This document shows positions 17,714 to 27,914 of a stretch of DNA of 64,000 bases, piece by piece; the stretch's first letter is position 1; every line of letters begins with the position of its first letter. Source of the stretch: Bacteroidota bacterium (GTDB lineage: Bacteria > Bacteroidota > Bacteroidia > CAIKAF01). Position numbers and translations under genes: made by a program. The stretch spans positions 12,049 to 76,048 of the forward strand of contig VGMT01000008.1 of assembly GCA_016866335.1 (NCBI GenBank). Reading direction: 5' to 3'. The notes under the pieces were generated by a model. It had not been told where the DNA came from. It did not search any database and saw only the letters and a list, made by a program, of their open reading frames with translations.

Positions 17714-19297
17714 ATGATTTCGATGAAGCGAATTACTCTGGCCCTGATTGGGCTGCTGATGCCTGTGCTGAGCCTGCCGCTGTGTGCGCAAATAAACAAT
17801 CCTTCCGAAAAACTCGACGGCCTTCTGTTTTTCTTGGAAAATTATTACCTAGAAAAAATTGACCGCGAAACGCTGATTGAAGCGGCTTTGGAAGGGCTGC
17901 TCAACGAACTTGACCCCCATTCCTACTACTTACCACCCCGCGAACTCAAAGCGTCTGAAGAAGCATTAAGCGGAAATTTTGAAGGCATTGGAGTGCAATT
18001 TAACATTCACAACGACACCATTATGGTGGTAAGCCCCATCAGTGGCGGCCCCTCAGAACGCCTAGGAATTCGCAGCGGAGACCGAATTATTTTCATTGAA
18101 GACACCCTGGTGGCCGGGAAAAAAATAACCAACAACGATGTGTTTCGTTGGCTGCGCGGAAAAAAAGGCAGCATTGTGAATGTTAAAATCATGCGTCCCG
18201 GACTGAGCGATTTGCTTGATTTTGCCATTGTGCGCGATAAAATTCCTGTGTTCAGCATGGACGCAGCTTTTATGCTAAAACCCGGAGTGGGTTACCTGAA
18301 AATAAACCGCTTTGCGGAAACCACAGTAGATGAATTCAAAGAAGGTTGGACCAAATTAAAAGCCCTGGGAGCCAAAGACTTAATCTTAGATTTGCAAGGA
18401 AATTCAGGTGGGTATTTGATGGCCGCCACGGGAATTCTTGACCACTTTTTGGCGAAAGGTAAGTTGCAGGTGTACACCCAAGGCCTGCACAGCGATCGAC
18501 GCGATTTCAAAGCAAGCGGAAATCCGATGCTGTTGAACAACCGACTGGTTGTTCTGGTGGACGAAGGATCGGCCTCGGCAAGTGAAATCGTTGCCGGCGC
18601 CGTGCAAGACCACGACCGAGGTTTGGTGGTTGGACGCCGAACCTTCGGCAAAGGCTTGGTACAAAATACCTTTCCCATGCCCGATGGGTCTGCATTCCGA
18701 CTTACCACCGCCAGGTATTTCACCCCTTCAGGCCGGTTTATTCAAGCTCCCTACAACGAAGGAACCGAAAAATATTACAAGGATTTGGCCAGCCGGTTCG
18801 ACAAAGGCGAATTGACCGACTCGAGCAAGGCGCAAATTCCCGACAGCCTGGCGTTTAAAACCTCGAAAGGACGAACCGTGTACGGGGGAGCAGGCATTAT
18901 GCCCGATGTGTTTGTGCCGCTAGACACCTCCTTTTTTTCGGTATGCCTGAACCGAATTACCGCTGCCGGGCTGCCCTACAATGTTGCCTTAGATTATGTG
19001 GACGCCCACCGGGCAGAACTGCAAAGCGCATACCCCAGCATGGACGATTTTAATTCTAGATTTGATGCCCAGCCTTTGTGGGAAACCCTATTAACCGAAA
19101 TTGAAAAACGTAATCTGCCTTGCGAAACGGGCGATGTTAACCGCAGCAAGGTGTTTTTGCAAACCATGCTTAAAGCCTTGGTAGCTCAAAACCTTCATGG
19201 CCGAGATGCCTTTTTCAAGGTAATGGCCAGCGAAAACGAGTCCATTCAAAAAGCCCTAGAAATGCTGGAAGGCCCTTGGCCAGAATACCTAAAATAA
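17714..19297 (+). CDS. ctpA: S41 family C-terminal processing peptidase
   Basis: A signal peptide, a PDZ domain (GVQFN...GGPSERLGIRSGDRII) and a catalytic region LDLQGNSGG..SASASE are present. Confidence 0.8.
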   Translation: MISMKRITLALIGLLMPVLSLPLCAQINNPSEKLDGLLFFLENYYLEKIDRETLIEAALEGLLNELDPHSYYLPPRELKASEEALSGNFEGIGVQFNIHNDTIMVVSPISGGPSERLGIRSGDRIIFIEDTLVAGKKITNNDVFRWLRGKKGSIVNVKIMRPGLSDLLDFAIVRDKIPVFSMDAAFMLKPGVGYLKINRFAETTVDEFKEGWTKLKALGAKDLILDLQGNSGGYLMAATGILDHFLAKGKLQVYTQGLHSDRRDFKASGNPMLLNNRLVVLVDEGSASASEIVAGAVQDHDRGLVVGRRTFGKGLVQNTFPMPDGSAFRLTTARYFTPSGRFIQAPYNEGTEKYYKDLASRFDKGELTDSSKAQIPDSLAFKTSKGRTVYGGAGIMPDVFVPLDTSFFSVCLNRITAAGLPYNVALDYVDAHRAELQSAYPSMDDFNSRFDAQPLWETLLTEIEKRNLPCETGDVNRSKVFLQTMLKALVAQNLHGRDAFFKVMASENESIQKALEMLEGPWPEYLK

Positions 19298-19301
19298 AGC
19301 T

Positions 19302-20189
19302 ATGAACACCTACGAAAAAGGCATGCTGGCCCCCGACAGCTTAACCGGAAAAACCATTGCAATTACAGGAGGAGGCAGCGGATTGGGCTTAAGCATGGCG
19401 GCCTATTTTCTAGCCTTGGGCGCACAGGTAAGCATTTGCGGCCGAAAAGAAGAAAAACTGGCCTCGGCAGCCGCGGAACTGCAATCCAGAACTGGAAAAA
19501 GCGTATTCTATTTTCCCTGCGATGTGCGGCAATACGATGAGGTGGAAGCCTTTCGCGAAAAAACCATTGAAGCCTTAGGGCCCGTCAATGGATTGGTAAA
19601 CAATGCCGCGGGAAACTTTTTAAGCCCCACCGAACGGTTAAGCCACCGCGCCTTCGATTCGGTGGTTGACATTGTTCTAAAAGGCAGTTACAACAACAGT
19701 TTAAGTTTCGGCAAGTATTGGATTGACCAAAAAATTGCGGGCAACACATTGAACATTGTAACCACCTACGCTTGGACAGGGTCGGCCTACGTGGTTCCAT
19801 CGGCCTGCGGCAAGGCGGGGGTTTTGGCCCTGACGCGGTCTTTGGGTGTTGAATGGGCCAAATACGGCATTCGAACCAACGCTATTGCTCCAGGCCCCTT
19901 CCCTACTCCGGGCGCTTGGGACCGCTTGTTTCCGCAAGAATTTATGCAGCAGGTTGACATACCCTCGAAAATTCCGGTGGGTCGGGCGGGTGTTCACCAA
20001 GAGTTGGCCAATTTAGCGGCGTATTTAATGTCGGATTTTTCGGCCTTTATTCAGGGCGAGGTAATTACCATTGATGGTGGCGAATGGCTTAAAAACGGAG
20101 GGGAATTTAGTTGGGTCGGCGATTTGATTCCGGCAGAAATGTGGGATATGGTTGAGGCATTGATTCGAAGCAAATCTGGCAAATCGTAA
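19302..20189 (+). CDS. SDR family oxidoreductase (2,4-dienoyl-CoA reductase-like)
   Basis: The Rossmann motif TGGGSGLG, the NNAAG motif and a YxxxK-type region are present. It is convergent with the thiolase gene. Confidence 0.72.
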   Translation: MNTYEKGMLAPDSLTGKTIAITGGGSGLGLSMAAYFLALGAQVSICGRKEEKLASAAAELQSRTGKSVFYFPCDVRQYDEVEAFREKTIEALGPVNGLVNNAAGNFLSPTERLSHRAFDSVVDIVLKGSYNNSLSFGKYWIDQKIAGNTLNIVTTYAWTGSAYVVPSACGKAGVLALTRSLGVEWAKYGIRTNAIAPGPFPTPGAWDRLFPQEFMQQVDIPSKIPVGRAGVHQELANLAAYLMSDFSAFIQGEVITIDGGEWLKNGGEFSWVGDLIPAEMWDMVEALIRSKSGKS

Positions 20190-20196
20190 TTTGTTA

Positions 20197-20351
20197 AGGG
20201 GGCGGCTGCCGGGCTTTCAGGGCTAATCCGCATCGGGCATTGGGGGCAGAATGCTCAGCAAGTAGCTCCTCGCGTCGCTCTTGCTGCGCGTTCTGCCCTG
20301 CCAATGCCCGCTTTGCGGGTTAGCCTCTTCAATCCCTGCCGCAGGGTGGCG
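20197..20351 (+). repeat. GC-rich long-hairpin intergenic element, copy A
   Basis: The whole unit folds as nested inverted repeats: GGCTAATCCGCA/TGCGGGTTAGCC, CGGGCATTGG/CCAATGCCCG and GCAGAATGCTCAGCAAG/CTTGCTGCGCGTTCTGC. It starts 8 nt after the SDR gene stop and ends 26 nt before the NlpC/P60 stop. Confidence 0.65.
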
Positions 20352-20377
20352 TAAAAAGGAAAGCAATAAACGCTGGG

Positions 20378-21082
20378 TTAAACGGGTCTGCGAATCAACC
20401 TCAAGGCATGGGAATAGCGCCCCTCATCTGCCCTAAAAATCCCCTGCTGGTCAATCTTATCGATGCGCACCATTCCAGCTGCATGCAGAACCCGATCGGC
20501 AGACAACAAAATGCCTACATGTACTATGCGGCCCTCTTCGTTGTCAAAAAACACCAAATCACCAGGCTTGCTTTCAAACAGCCAAGAAACCAGATGACCA
20601 ACTTCAGCTTGTTGAGCTGCGTCCCGAGGCAAAATAAAGCCACGAGATTCCCAAAACAACTGAGAAAGACCCGAGCAATCGATTCCCATCGCTGTTTTTC
20701 CGCCCCAAAGATAAGGTACGCCCAACCAAGCCTCTGCCCATTCCGGCAAAGAGATAGGTCCTTGGGTTGGTTGATGAACTTTTGACCCCATGCTGGTCCA
20801 AACCATTCCAAAATCGCCTGGCGTTTGTTGAATCAAGGCATGTTGAAAATAGCCGGGAACTTCGTTGCTGCCTATTGCAACCAAGCCAGAACTTCGAACC
20901 CAGGCCGGATAACGTTCGTCTTTGCGTTGCACAAACCACCATTCACCTTGATTTTCAAGGCAATCAACCCAATCCCCAAACAGGAATTGGGTGCTCATTT
21001 CGGCAGAGTGGGCTGGCAAGGAGCGTCCTGGCAGTACAGGAACCTGTACCCGAAAAGAGGAGGTCATATTAACAGCGTTCAA
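20378..21082 (-). CDS. NlpC/P60 (C40) family peptidase with N-terminal SH3-like region
   Basis: The catalytic Cys motif GIDCSGLSQLFW and downstream His are in the C-terminal half. Confidence 0.72.
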   Translation of the reverse strand: MNAVNMTSSFRVQVPVLPGRSLPAHSAEMSTQFLFGDWVDCLENQGEWWFVQRKDERYPAWVRSSGLVAIGSNEVPGYFQHALIQQTPGDFGMVWTSMGSKVHQPTQGPISLPEWAEAWLGVPYLWGGKTAMGIDCSGLSQLFWESRGFILPRDAAQQAEVGHLVSWLFESKPGDLVFFDNEEGRIVHVGILLSADRVLHAAGMVRIDKIDQQGIFRADEGRYSHALRLIRRPV

Positions 21083-22244
21083 TCACAATGGCACTGGCGC
21101 CACCTCCGCCGTTGCACAATGAAGCAACTCCGGTTTTCTTGTTTTCTTGATGTAGGGAATGCAGCAAGGTAACCAATATGCGGGCACCTGAAGAACCTAA
21201 GGGATGGCCTAAAGAAACGGCACCTCCATACACATTCACCTGTTCGGGTTTCAATCCCAATTTTTTGTTGTTGGCAAGGGCAACCACGGCAAAGGCCTCG
21301 TTCAGTTCGTACAAATCTACCGCTTCCGCATCAATTGCTGCATGCTGCAAGGCTTTGGGCACAGCTAAGGCCGGAGCAATGGTAAACCAGCAAGGTTCGG
21401 TTGCCGCATCGGCAAATCCTTTAACCTCAGCAAGGGGTGTTAAGCCCAATTCCTTTAGCTGAGCTTCGCCAACCAAAACTAGGGCCGAGGCCCCGTCGTT
21501 AAGGGTTGAAGCGTTGGCAGCGGTAATGCTTCCATTTTTATCAAAAACCGGGCGCAGTTCGGGAATTTTATCGAACTGTACATTTTTATATTCTTCGTCT
21601 TCAGAAATCACCACATCGCCTTTTCTGCCGGCAATGGTAACGGGGGCGATTTCGGCCGTGAATTTACCAGCGGCCCAAGCGGCCTGAGCACGGCGGTACG
21701 ATTCAATGGCATAGGCATCTTGGTCTTGCCGGCTAAATTCCATTTCTCTTGCACAAAGTTCCCCTGCATTGCCCATGTGGTAGTCGTTGTACACATCCCA
21801 CAATCCATCTTTAATCATGCCATCGGTCAATTGTCCGTGGCCCAACTTTTGGCCAAAGCGGTTGGAAGAAACATAGTAGGGAACCTGCGACATGTTTTCC
21901 ATGCCACCAGCCACCACAACCTTAGCATGACCAAGCATAATGGATTGTGCCGCTAGCATAATGGATTTCATTCCTGAGGCGCAGACCTTATTCACGGTAG
22001 TACACGGTACGGTATTGGGCAAACCGGCCTTTAGTGCAGCCTGCCGGGCGGGGGCCTGACCAAGCCCAGCAGAAAGTACGTTACCCATGAATACCTCGTC
22101 CACCTGATTGGCAGAAACACCTGCCCGTTCAAGAGCGGCCCGAATGGCTACTGAACCCAATTCGGTGGCTGAAACACCAGATAATGCGCCGCCAAAACTG
22201 CCCATAGGGGTACGAACGGCCGAAACAATGTACACTTTATTCAT
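21069..22244 (-). CDS. acetyl-CoA C-acyltransferase (thiolase II)
   Basis: The thiolase N-terminus MNKVYIVSAVRTPMGSFGG, the active-site NKVCASGMKS and a C-terminal CNGGGGASA are present. The ORF-track start at 22295 adds 17 non-conserved residues. Confidence 0.85.
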   Translation of the reverse strand: MNKVYIVSAVRTPMGSFGGALSGVSATELGSVAIRAALERAGVSANQVDEVFMGNVLSAGLGQAPARQAALKAGLPNTVPCTTVNKVCASGMKSIMLAAQSIMLGHAKVVVAGGMENMSQVPYYVSSNRFGQKLGHGQLTDGMIKDGLWDVYNDYHMGNAGELCAREMEFSRQDQDAYAIESYRRAQAAWAAGKFTAEIAPVTIAGRKGDVVISEDEEYKNVQFDKIPELRPVFDKNGSITAANASTLNDGASALVLVGEAQLKELGLTPLAEVKGFADAATEPCWFTIAPALAVPKALQHAAIDAEAVDLYELNEAFAVVALANNKKLGLKPEQVNVYGGAVSLGHPLGSSGARILVTLLHSLHQENKKTGVASLCNGGGGASAIVIERC

Positions 22245-22339
22245 AGGTAAATACTTTGCAGCGAAGATAGAAAATCTAGGCGTGTTGAAAAGCATTCGAA
22301 GGCATTAAACCTGACCTAGCACCTCAATTTAATTCTCGA

Positions 22340-23221
22340 TTAATCGGGCTTTGAAAAAGCCGAAATCCAAAATTCAGCGGAACTCGTGGCAGGACGCTCC
22401 AGCCATTCTTCCATGGGTCTTGGGTCCCCAACATTGTCTTTAAATAGCAGTTTAAACTGCTCGTAATCCAAAATTTCAGGAAACCAAACCGAAATAAAAT
22501 TCCGGGTAACAATGTCCACTAGATTTTTAGGAATTTCGATGGGTATTAACCGTTGATTACGAACCTTGGCAGCCAAGGTCATCAATTCGCCGAACGAAAT
22601 CGGAGTTGGTCCAACCAAATCTAAGCTTTTTACCGGCAATTCCTGAATCTGAATAGCCTGTTCCATGATCTGCACAACATCTTGGGGCATTACCGGCTGA
22701 ATTTTATGCTGAGGAAAGGAGGCAGGAAGCAATGCACGGTTACCTAAATAGCGGCTAATGTCCAAAAGCAATACCAGTTTTTGAACCAACAAATTGTTGG
22801 GCAGGCAGAGCAGCGATGGGCGCAAAACCAAAGCGTCGTCTTGCTTTAGCACAATAGCTTCGCCCTTGGCCTTGCTGTTTAAAAAGGCAGAGCCAGAATC
22901 GGAATCTGAACCCAATACCGAGACGTGAAGAATACGCGGATTGCCTATCTCATGCCGATTCTCAATAAGGGTGCGGAGCAGTTCGGTATGAACCTCAAAA
23001 AATGCCTCGTTTTTGCTTTCTCGAATAATGCCGGCCACATTGACAAAAACATCAACCTTTCCTAGGGTTTTCCAATCGCTATGAATAGGATCAAAGCAAA
23101 CATACCCCTTTCCTGATTTCCTTGATAGAGCAAGTACTTCGCAATCTGCCCGTTTCAATAGGCTTTGATGCAGCAGCGAACCGAGCTGTCCTCGAGCTCC
23201 AAGAATGGCTATGCGTTTCAC
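22340..23221 (-). CDS. NAD(P)H-binding epimerase/dehydratase-family protein (NDUFA9/NmrA-like)
   Basis: An N-terminal ILGARGQLGS Rossmann motif is present in a 293-aa protein. Confidence 0.55.
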   Translation of the reverse strand: MKRIAILGARGQLGSLLHQSLLKRADCEVLALSRKSGKGYVCFDPIHSDWKTLGKVDVFVNVAGIIRESKNEAFFEVHTELLRTLIENRHEIGNPRILHVSVLGSDSDSGSAFLNSKAKGEAIVLKQDDALVLRPSLLCLPNNLLVQKLVLLLDISRYLGNRALLPASFPQHKIQPVMPQDVVQIMEQAIQIQELPVKSLDLVGPTPISFGELMTLAAKVRNQRLIPIEIPKNLVDIVTRNFISVWFPEILDYEQFKLLFKDNVGDPRPMEEWLERPATSSAEFWISAFSKPD

Positions 23222-23258
23222 AATTTCAACTGACTTGGCTTATTAAAGCCGCGCCAAA

Positions 23259-24386
23259 TCAATTCACCATTATAGGCATCATCAACATGGTAATCTCTTC
23301 AATATCATGCTGGTATTCGCTGGGGGCTAAAATTCCAGGACGACTTGGTGTGCTCATTTTCAAGGTTACGCTTTCTTGATCCATGTTGCTGAGCATTTCT
23401 ATTAAAAAACGGCTATTGAAACCAATTTCCATGTCTTCGCCAGAATACTGGCAATGCAATTCTTCTTTGGCCGAATTGGAAAAATCCAAATCTTCTGCAA
23501 TAATTTCAAGCTGGTTGCCTGCCAATTTTACGCGCACCAAATAGGTGGCTTTATTTGAAAAAATAGAAACCCTTTTTAAACCATTAAGCAGGGCATGCCG
23601 ATCAATGGTTAATACATTGGGGTTTTCTTTAGGAATAACAGCCTCGTAGGCAGGATATTTACCTTCAATTAATCGGCTGAAAACAACATAATGTCCGAAG
23701 GAAAAGCGTACGTTCTTTTCGCTGTATTCAATGGACAAAGGCTCTTCCGATCCCCCCAGAATATTCTTCAGCAAATTCAAAGGCCGCTTATTTAAAATCA
23801 GTTCAAAGCTTGAATCGCATTGAATATCAAAGCGTTTATAAAGCACCAATTTATGGGCGTCGGTAGCTACAAAGTTGGCCGATTCAGGAGAGGCTTGAAG
23901 TAAAACACCCGACATAACCGGACGCAGCTCATCGTTCCCGGCGGCAAAAATCGTTTTTGCTACCGCATTGTTAAAGGTGAGGGCTTCAACCGAAAAGGAA
24001 CCCTTGCTATGAAACTCAGGCAAGGAAGGAAATTCGGAAGCATCGTGCCCTGCCGTTTTGTACTTTCCGCTATCGGAATGAATGTTTATGCCTTGGGTGT
24101 TTGGATCTACCGTAATGGATAGGGGCACATCTGCAAATGTTTTTAGTATATCCACCAAAAACCGAGCAGGGATAGCAACCTGTCCTTCCGATTTAACGCT
24201 GACCTCAGGTATTTCGGCAATTACTGTAGTCTCTAAATCAGAGGCGGTTACTTTTAATCCACCGTTCCCCGTTGACTGAAACAAAAAATCCTGCAAAATG
24301 GGAACAGAATTGTTTCCACCTTGAATAACCCCCATTAGGGTTTGAATATGACCTAGAAGGGTTTTACTTGAAACGACAAACTGCAT
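23259..24386 (-). CDS. dnaN: DNA polymerase III beta sliding clamp
   Basis: A 375-aa, three-domain clamp with an N-terminus MQFVVSSKTLL...VPILQDFLF that is typical of DnaN. Confidence 0.8.
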   Translation of the reverse strand: MQFVVSSKTLLGHIQTLMGVIQGGNNSVPILQDFLFQSTGNGGLKVTASDLETTVIAEIPEVSVKSEGQVAIPARFLVDILKTFADVPLSITVDPNTQGINIHSDSGKYKTAGHDASEFPSLPEFHSKGSFSVEALTFNNAVAKTIFAAGNDELRPVMSGVLLQASPESANFVATDAHKLVLYKRFDIQCDSSFELILNKRPLNLLKNILGGSEEPLSIEYSEKNVRFSFGHYVVFSRLIEGKYPAYEAVIPKENPNVLTIDRHALLNGLKRVSIFSNKATYLVRVKLAGNQLEIIAEDLDFSNSAKEELHCQYSGEDMEIGFNSRFLIEMLSNMDQESVTLKMSTPSRPGILAPSEYQHDIEEITMLMMPIMVN

Positions 24387-24429
24387 GATTCTCTAATTTG
24401 ATAAACAAATATACGGCAAAGTAACCGAA

Positions 24430-25428
24430 TTAAGGTTTTACAGGCGGGCCACCCTGAAAATATTCAATAGGAACCGTAACGGGGTCGAAGGTAAAAAACT
24501 GGCACAAGGTAACTTCGCCGTTTTTCAGAATTCCATACATCCTATCAACATCAATATCAATCGGATCCCCAAGCATATTCAATGTTCCTTTGGGAAGGGG
24601 AATGGCGCATAACTTCACCGAACTTTCCTTTCCATTCCGGTCTTTCAAGATAATGGTGTGCAAGGCATATTTTCGCTGCACCGAATCCATACGAGCGGTA
24701 TTCACATCCACCCAATTCTCAAAGCCCATAACCTTAAAGTTTTGCAAAAAAACCTTGATCAGACTGGTATCGGCCTTTGGTGAAGCAGTTCCCGTCTGAA
24801 GTTGAACCAAAGAAAACCTTGAGGGCGAAAGCACATCAATTCGGAATGAACTTTCAGGCCGTTGATGATGTACAACTTGAACCGAGGCTATATCGCGGAT
24901 GTGGTGATTAAAAATCTGTTTTGTTTTCCATTCCAATACACTTGGATTAAAGTGGTTGGTCAAATACCCCCTAAACCCAGGAACATAAACAATCACTGGC
25001 ACCTCTGAACCTTGCAGCATCATATAGGTACCCAGGTGATTCTGAGTAGGGCCTCCTACAAAAAACGTACGAATGGGTTCCTTGTCGTTTCCAAACACCT
25101 CTACCCTAATTCCGTAAACCGATAACTTTTTAAAAACTTCTTGTTGGCCGTTTTTAGGTATAAACTCCTTTACTTCCATGCGCCTTAGCGTCGATAAGGT
25201 TACCTCCACCAGGTCGCGACGGGCAGGCAAATTTAGACCTTCAATGGTCCATTCATTTGGGTTCCGTATCAGGGTAACCTTGCTTCCCCCATTGTTGCTA
25301 ATCTGAATTTTTTGAATCGAGGCAGTGTCCTCAATTTTAAATTGGGTATAATCAGCATCCATGGCCGAATCCTTTCCACCGCAGGCCATAAAGAAAACAA
25401 CAACCAAAGGAAAGATTAAATAGTTCAT
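24430..25428 (-). CDS. GldG-associated DUF4340-like lipoprotein
   Basis: A lipoprotein signal MNYLIFPLVVVFFMACGG is present. Its ATG overlaps the gldG stop (ATGA), and it sits in the conserved position downstream of gldG. Confidence 0.5.
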   Translation of the reverse strand: MNYLIFPLVVVFFMACGGKDSAMDADYTQFKIEDTASIQKIQISNNGGSKVTLIRNPNEWTIEGLNLPARRDLVEVTLSTLRRMEVKEFIPKNGQQEVFKKLSVYGIRVEVFGNDKEPIRTFFVGGPTQNHLGTYMMLQGSEVPVIVYVPGFRGYLTNHFNPSVLEWKTKQIFNHHIRDIASVQVVHHQRPESSFRIDVLSPSRFSLVQLQTGTASPKADTSLIKVFLQNFKVMGFENWVDVNTARMDSVQRKYALHTIILKDRNGKESSVKLCAIPLPKGTLNMLGDPIDIDVDRMYGILKNGEVTLCQFFTFDPVTVPIEYFQGGPPVKP

Positions 25429-27116
25429 GCGTATTTGCGTTTTTGAATCCATCGAACTCCAAACCACAGAAAAAGCAGGTAAGCCAAGGGAATTAGAATC
25501 TGAGCGCTTTGCCAGAAACTACCATTGGCTTCTACCTTTATTGGGTCCAAGTTCCGAATTTGAAAGCGCTTATTTCGAATAGAAATAAACCAAGCATCGT
25601 TGGCCAAATAATGAACAGCGTTCATTAAAAAGTTCTTATTGCCCTCAAAAAAGTAGCCACTTGCCGGATCTTCGCCCAATCGGAACGGGCGGTTTTGCCT
25701 AGAATTAAATCGGTTTTTAACAATATCACCATCGCCAACAACAATCATTTTTGAAGGCTGCCCTTTTTCTAAGAAGGGATAATCTGCCGTTGGCAACAAA
25801 CGGCCTTTGAAGGCGCTTTCAAATGAGCCCTCCAGTAGAACAGCCATAGGCTGATTGGGCTTGTTAAACCTTTCTGGGCTTGCCTTTTCAGCTACAGCTT
25901 GAATTCCAACTCGGGCAGGCGTCATTAAACTTCTTGAAACAGGTCCACTGCTCAATAAAATGGTCTTTTGAATTCCAGAAAGCTTAACCGTATCTAAGCT
26001 AGAAGGGAATTCAAAACGTATTGGTCCCACTCGGCTGGTAAGTAAATGCCGATCATCGGGCAGCACCACAGGATAAAAAAACCAAGGCAATAATTCCTCT
26101 TTAGGTTGGTCGCCAACCATACCAGTTACAACTGGAATAGGGGCACACGATGCATCTTGAATTAAATTATAATTGATGCGAACACCATACTTAAAAAGCA
26201 AATCATTCAAACCCAAATCCTTTGGCAATGCTATGGTATATCCCTTCGGACTTGACTTCAAACTATCTAGGTCAACCGCCACCTGGTCTAGCAGCCACAA
26301 CACCCGGCCGCCTCGCATCAAATATTGGTCAATTACGAATTTCTCTGCTTCTCCAAAAGTAGAATCTGGCTTTGCCAACACCAAACAGGCATACGACTTA
26401 TTAAGCGTATTTAATTGATTGTTTAACACTAAGCCTTCTACTGTATAGTATTCTTTCAAGGACATTAAAAAGTCGGCGATCAAGCCTTGGGGCAATTCCC
26501 TATGACCAAAGGAGAACGCAATTTTTGGCCGACGTTCAAAGGTGTGCAGTTTATACATTGCCGAGGCAAATCCGAACTCAAGCCGCTCGATGGACGTATT
26601 TAAGGCCTGATCTGCCAATGATGGATCCAAACCAGCCAATTCCTCTAATAATTCAACCTTGGCTTCGTGGCCCTTGTAACTTATGGTAGCCGCGGGAATA
26701 ATTGACCGCTCTTGCCTACCCGCCTCGTCGGCAAAGGTTAAGGAAAAGGGTTGTATTCCCTTTTCAACCAATTCCTGCTGCATTAGGGCCTGCTCCTCAG
26801 GATCTTTTCCAGAAAAAGGGTCCACAAAACGGTACTGAAGGTTGTTCCCTGCCTGGTATCGAAATTCCTCAAGCAATTCACGAGTGGCCGTTTGAAGACG
26901 CTTAAATACTGGCGGAAATTTCCCTTCCAAATACACCGTTACAATCGCCGGCTCCTCCATATTCCTAAGCATGGAAATGGTACTGTCCGATAAACTATAT
27001 CGCCCCTCTGCCGTAAAATCCCAACGAAAAAACAAACGCCCCGAAATGGCATTTATGCCAGCCAGAATACCCAGTGCGGCAATCAACCAAGCAATATCTT
27101 TTCTCTTTCTGTTCAT
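25425..27116 (-). CDS. gldG: gliding motility-associated ABC transporter substrate-binding protein GldG
   Basis: An N-terminal TM anchor, a large periplasmic domain and a C-terminal TM are present. It lies immediately downstream of the ABC-2 permease gene. Confidence 0.75.
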   Translation of the reverse strand: MNRKRKDIAWLIAALGILAGINAISGRLFFRWDFTAEGRYSLSDSTISMLRNMEEPAIVTVYLEGKFPPVFKRLQTATRELLEEFRYQAGNNLQYRFVDPFSGKDPEEQALMQQELVEKGIQPFSLTFADEAGRQERSIIPAATISYKGHEAKVELLEELAGLDPSLADQALNTSIERLEFGFASAMYKLHTFERRPKIAFSFGHRELPQGLIADFLMSLKEYYTVEGLVLNNQLNTLNKSYACLVLAKPDSTFGEAEKFVIDQYLMRGGRVLWLLDQVAVDLDSLKSSPKGYTIALPKDLGLNDLLFKYGVRINYNLIQDASCAPIPVVTGMVGDQPKEELLPWFFYPVVLPDDRHLLTSRVGPIRFEFPSSLDTVKLSGIQKTILLSSGPVSRSLMTPARVGIQAVAEKASPERFNKPNQPMAVLLEGSFESAFKGRLLPTADYPFLEKGQPSKMIVVGDGDIVKNRFNSRQNRPFRLGEDPASGYFFEGNKNFLMNAVHYLANDAWFISIRNKRFQIRNLDPIKVEANGSFWQSAQILIPLAYLLFLWFGVRWIQKRKYA

Positions 27117-27119
27117 GGA

Positions 27120-27914
27120 TTAAGACCAATTTCGCTTTTGAATCCAAGTTTTGGCCGCCAATAAAAACACTACCGTCAGGCTAATAAAATACACCAGGTC
27201 TCGGGAATCAATCACTCCCCTGCTTATGGAATCGTAATGATAACCAAGACCCAATTGAAGTAGATAATACTCATTCCCTTGCATTAGGCCAAGCCCAACC
27301 AATTGAGGAATCCCTTCGGTAAGAATCAATCCAAAACCAAGCCCCAAAAGCAACGCAATCATTTGATTTGAGGTCAGCGAACTGGCAAAAATCCCTGCGG
27401 CCAAATAAACCGAAGCCAAAAGAAACAATCCAATATATGAGGTAAAAATCCCTGCCCAATCCAAAGCCTCTACAGAACTTAATTGAACCAAGGCCACCAA
27501 ATATCCTAGGGTAGGCACTAAACTCAAAAAAACCAAAACCTGACCGGCACAAAATTTGGCAAATATCACCTCCATGGTTCGCACCGGCTTGGTTAAAAGC
27601 AATTCAAGGGTTCCCAATGCGTGTTCCTCCGATAGACTCCTCATGGTAAGCGCCGGTATCAAAAGCAAAAACAAATAGGGTGCGTCTTCAAAAAAACGCT
27701 TCATGTCAGCAAAACCAAAACTTACAAGGTTGTCATTAGGAAACAACCACAGATATACTGCATTTACCAATAGGAATACCCCCATTATGGCATACCCCGT
27801 AATGCTGGCAAAAAAAAGGGAAATCTCTTTTAAAAAAATCGCCTTCACGCTCTCAGTCCTAAAAAGTTTGAGTACAAAGTTAGCCGAATTTAGCGCTCGC
27901 CAAAATAAGGCCAA
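27120..27914 (-). CDS. gldF: gliding motility-associated ABC-2 type transporter permease GldF
   Basis: Six TM helices are predicted and the conserved N-terminus is VKAIFLKEISLFFAS. The real start is probably GTG at 27848, and the ATG at 27914 adds 22 residues. Confidence 0.72.
   Translation of the reverse strand: MALFWRALNSANFVLKLFRTESVKAIFLKEISLFFASITGYAIMGVFLLVNAVYLWLFPNDNLVSFGFADMKRFFEDAPYLFLLLIPALTMRSLSEEHALGTLELLLTKPVRTMEVIFAKFCAGQVLVFLSLVPTLGYLVALVQLSSVEALDWAGIFTSYIGLFLLASVYLAAGIFASSLTSNQMIALLLGLGFGLILTEGIPQLVGLGLMQGNEYYLLQLGLGYHYDSISRGVIDSRDLVYFISLTVVFLLAAKTWIQKRNWS

Noticed and set aside
17438-17862. Overlapping 60-99 aa ORFs on both strands (17438-17620, 17469-17696, 17491-17694, 17563-17862).
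   Set aside because: They lie inside the GC-rich repeat element. High GC removes stop codons, and the products are low-complexity Ala/Arg/Gly/Pro-rich with no start context.
20408-21172. Several 95-125 aa ORFs antisense to or overlapping the NlpC/P60 gene.
   Set aside because: They are fully embedded in a well-supported CDS on the other strand or frame, with no motifs.
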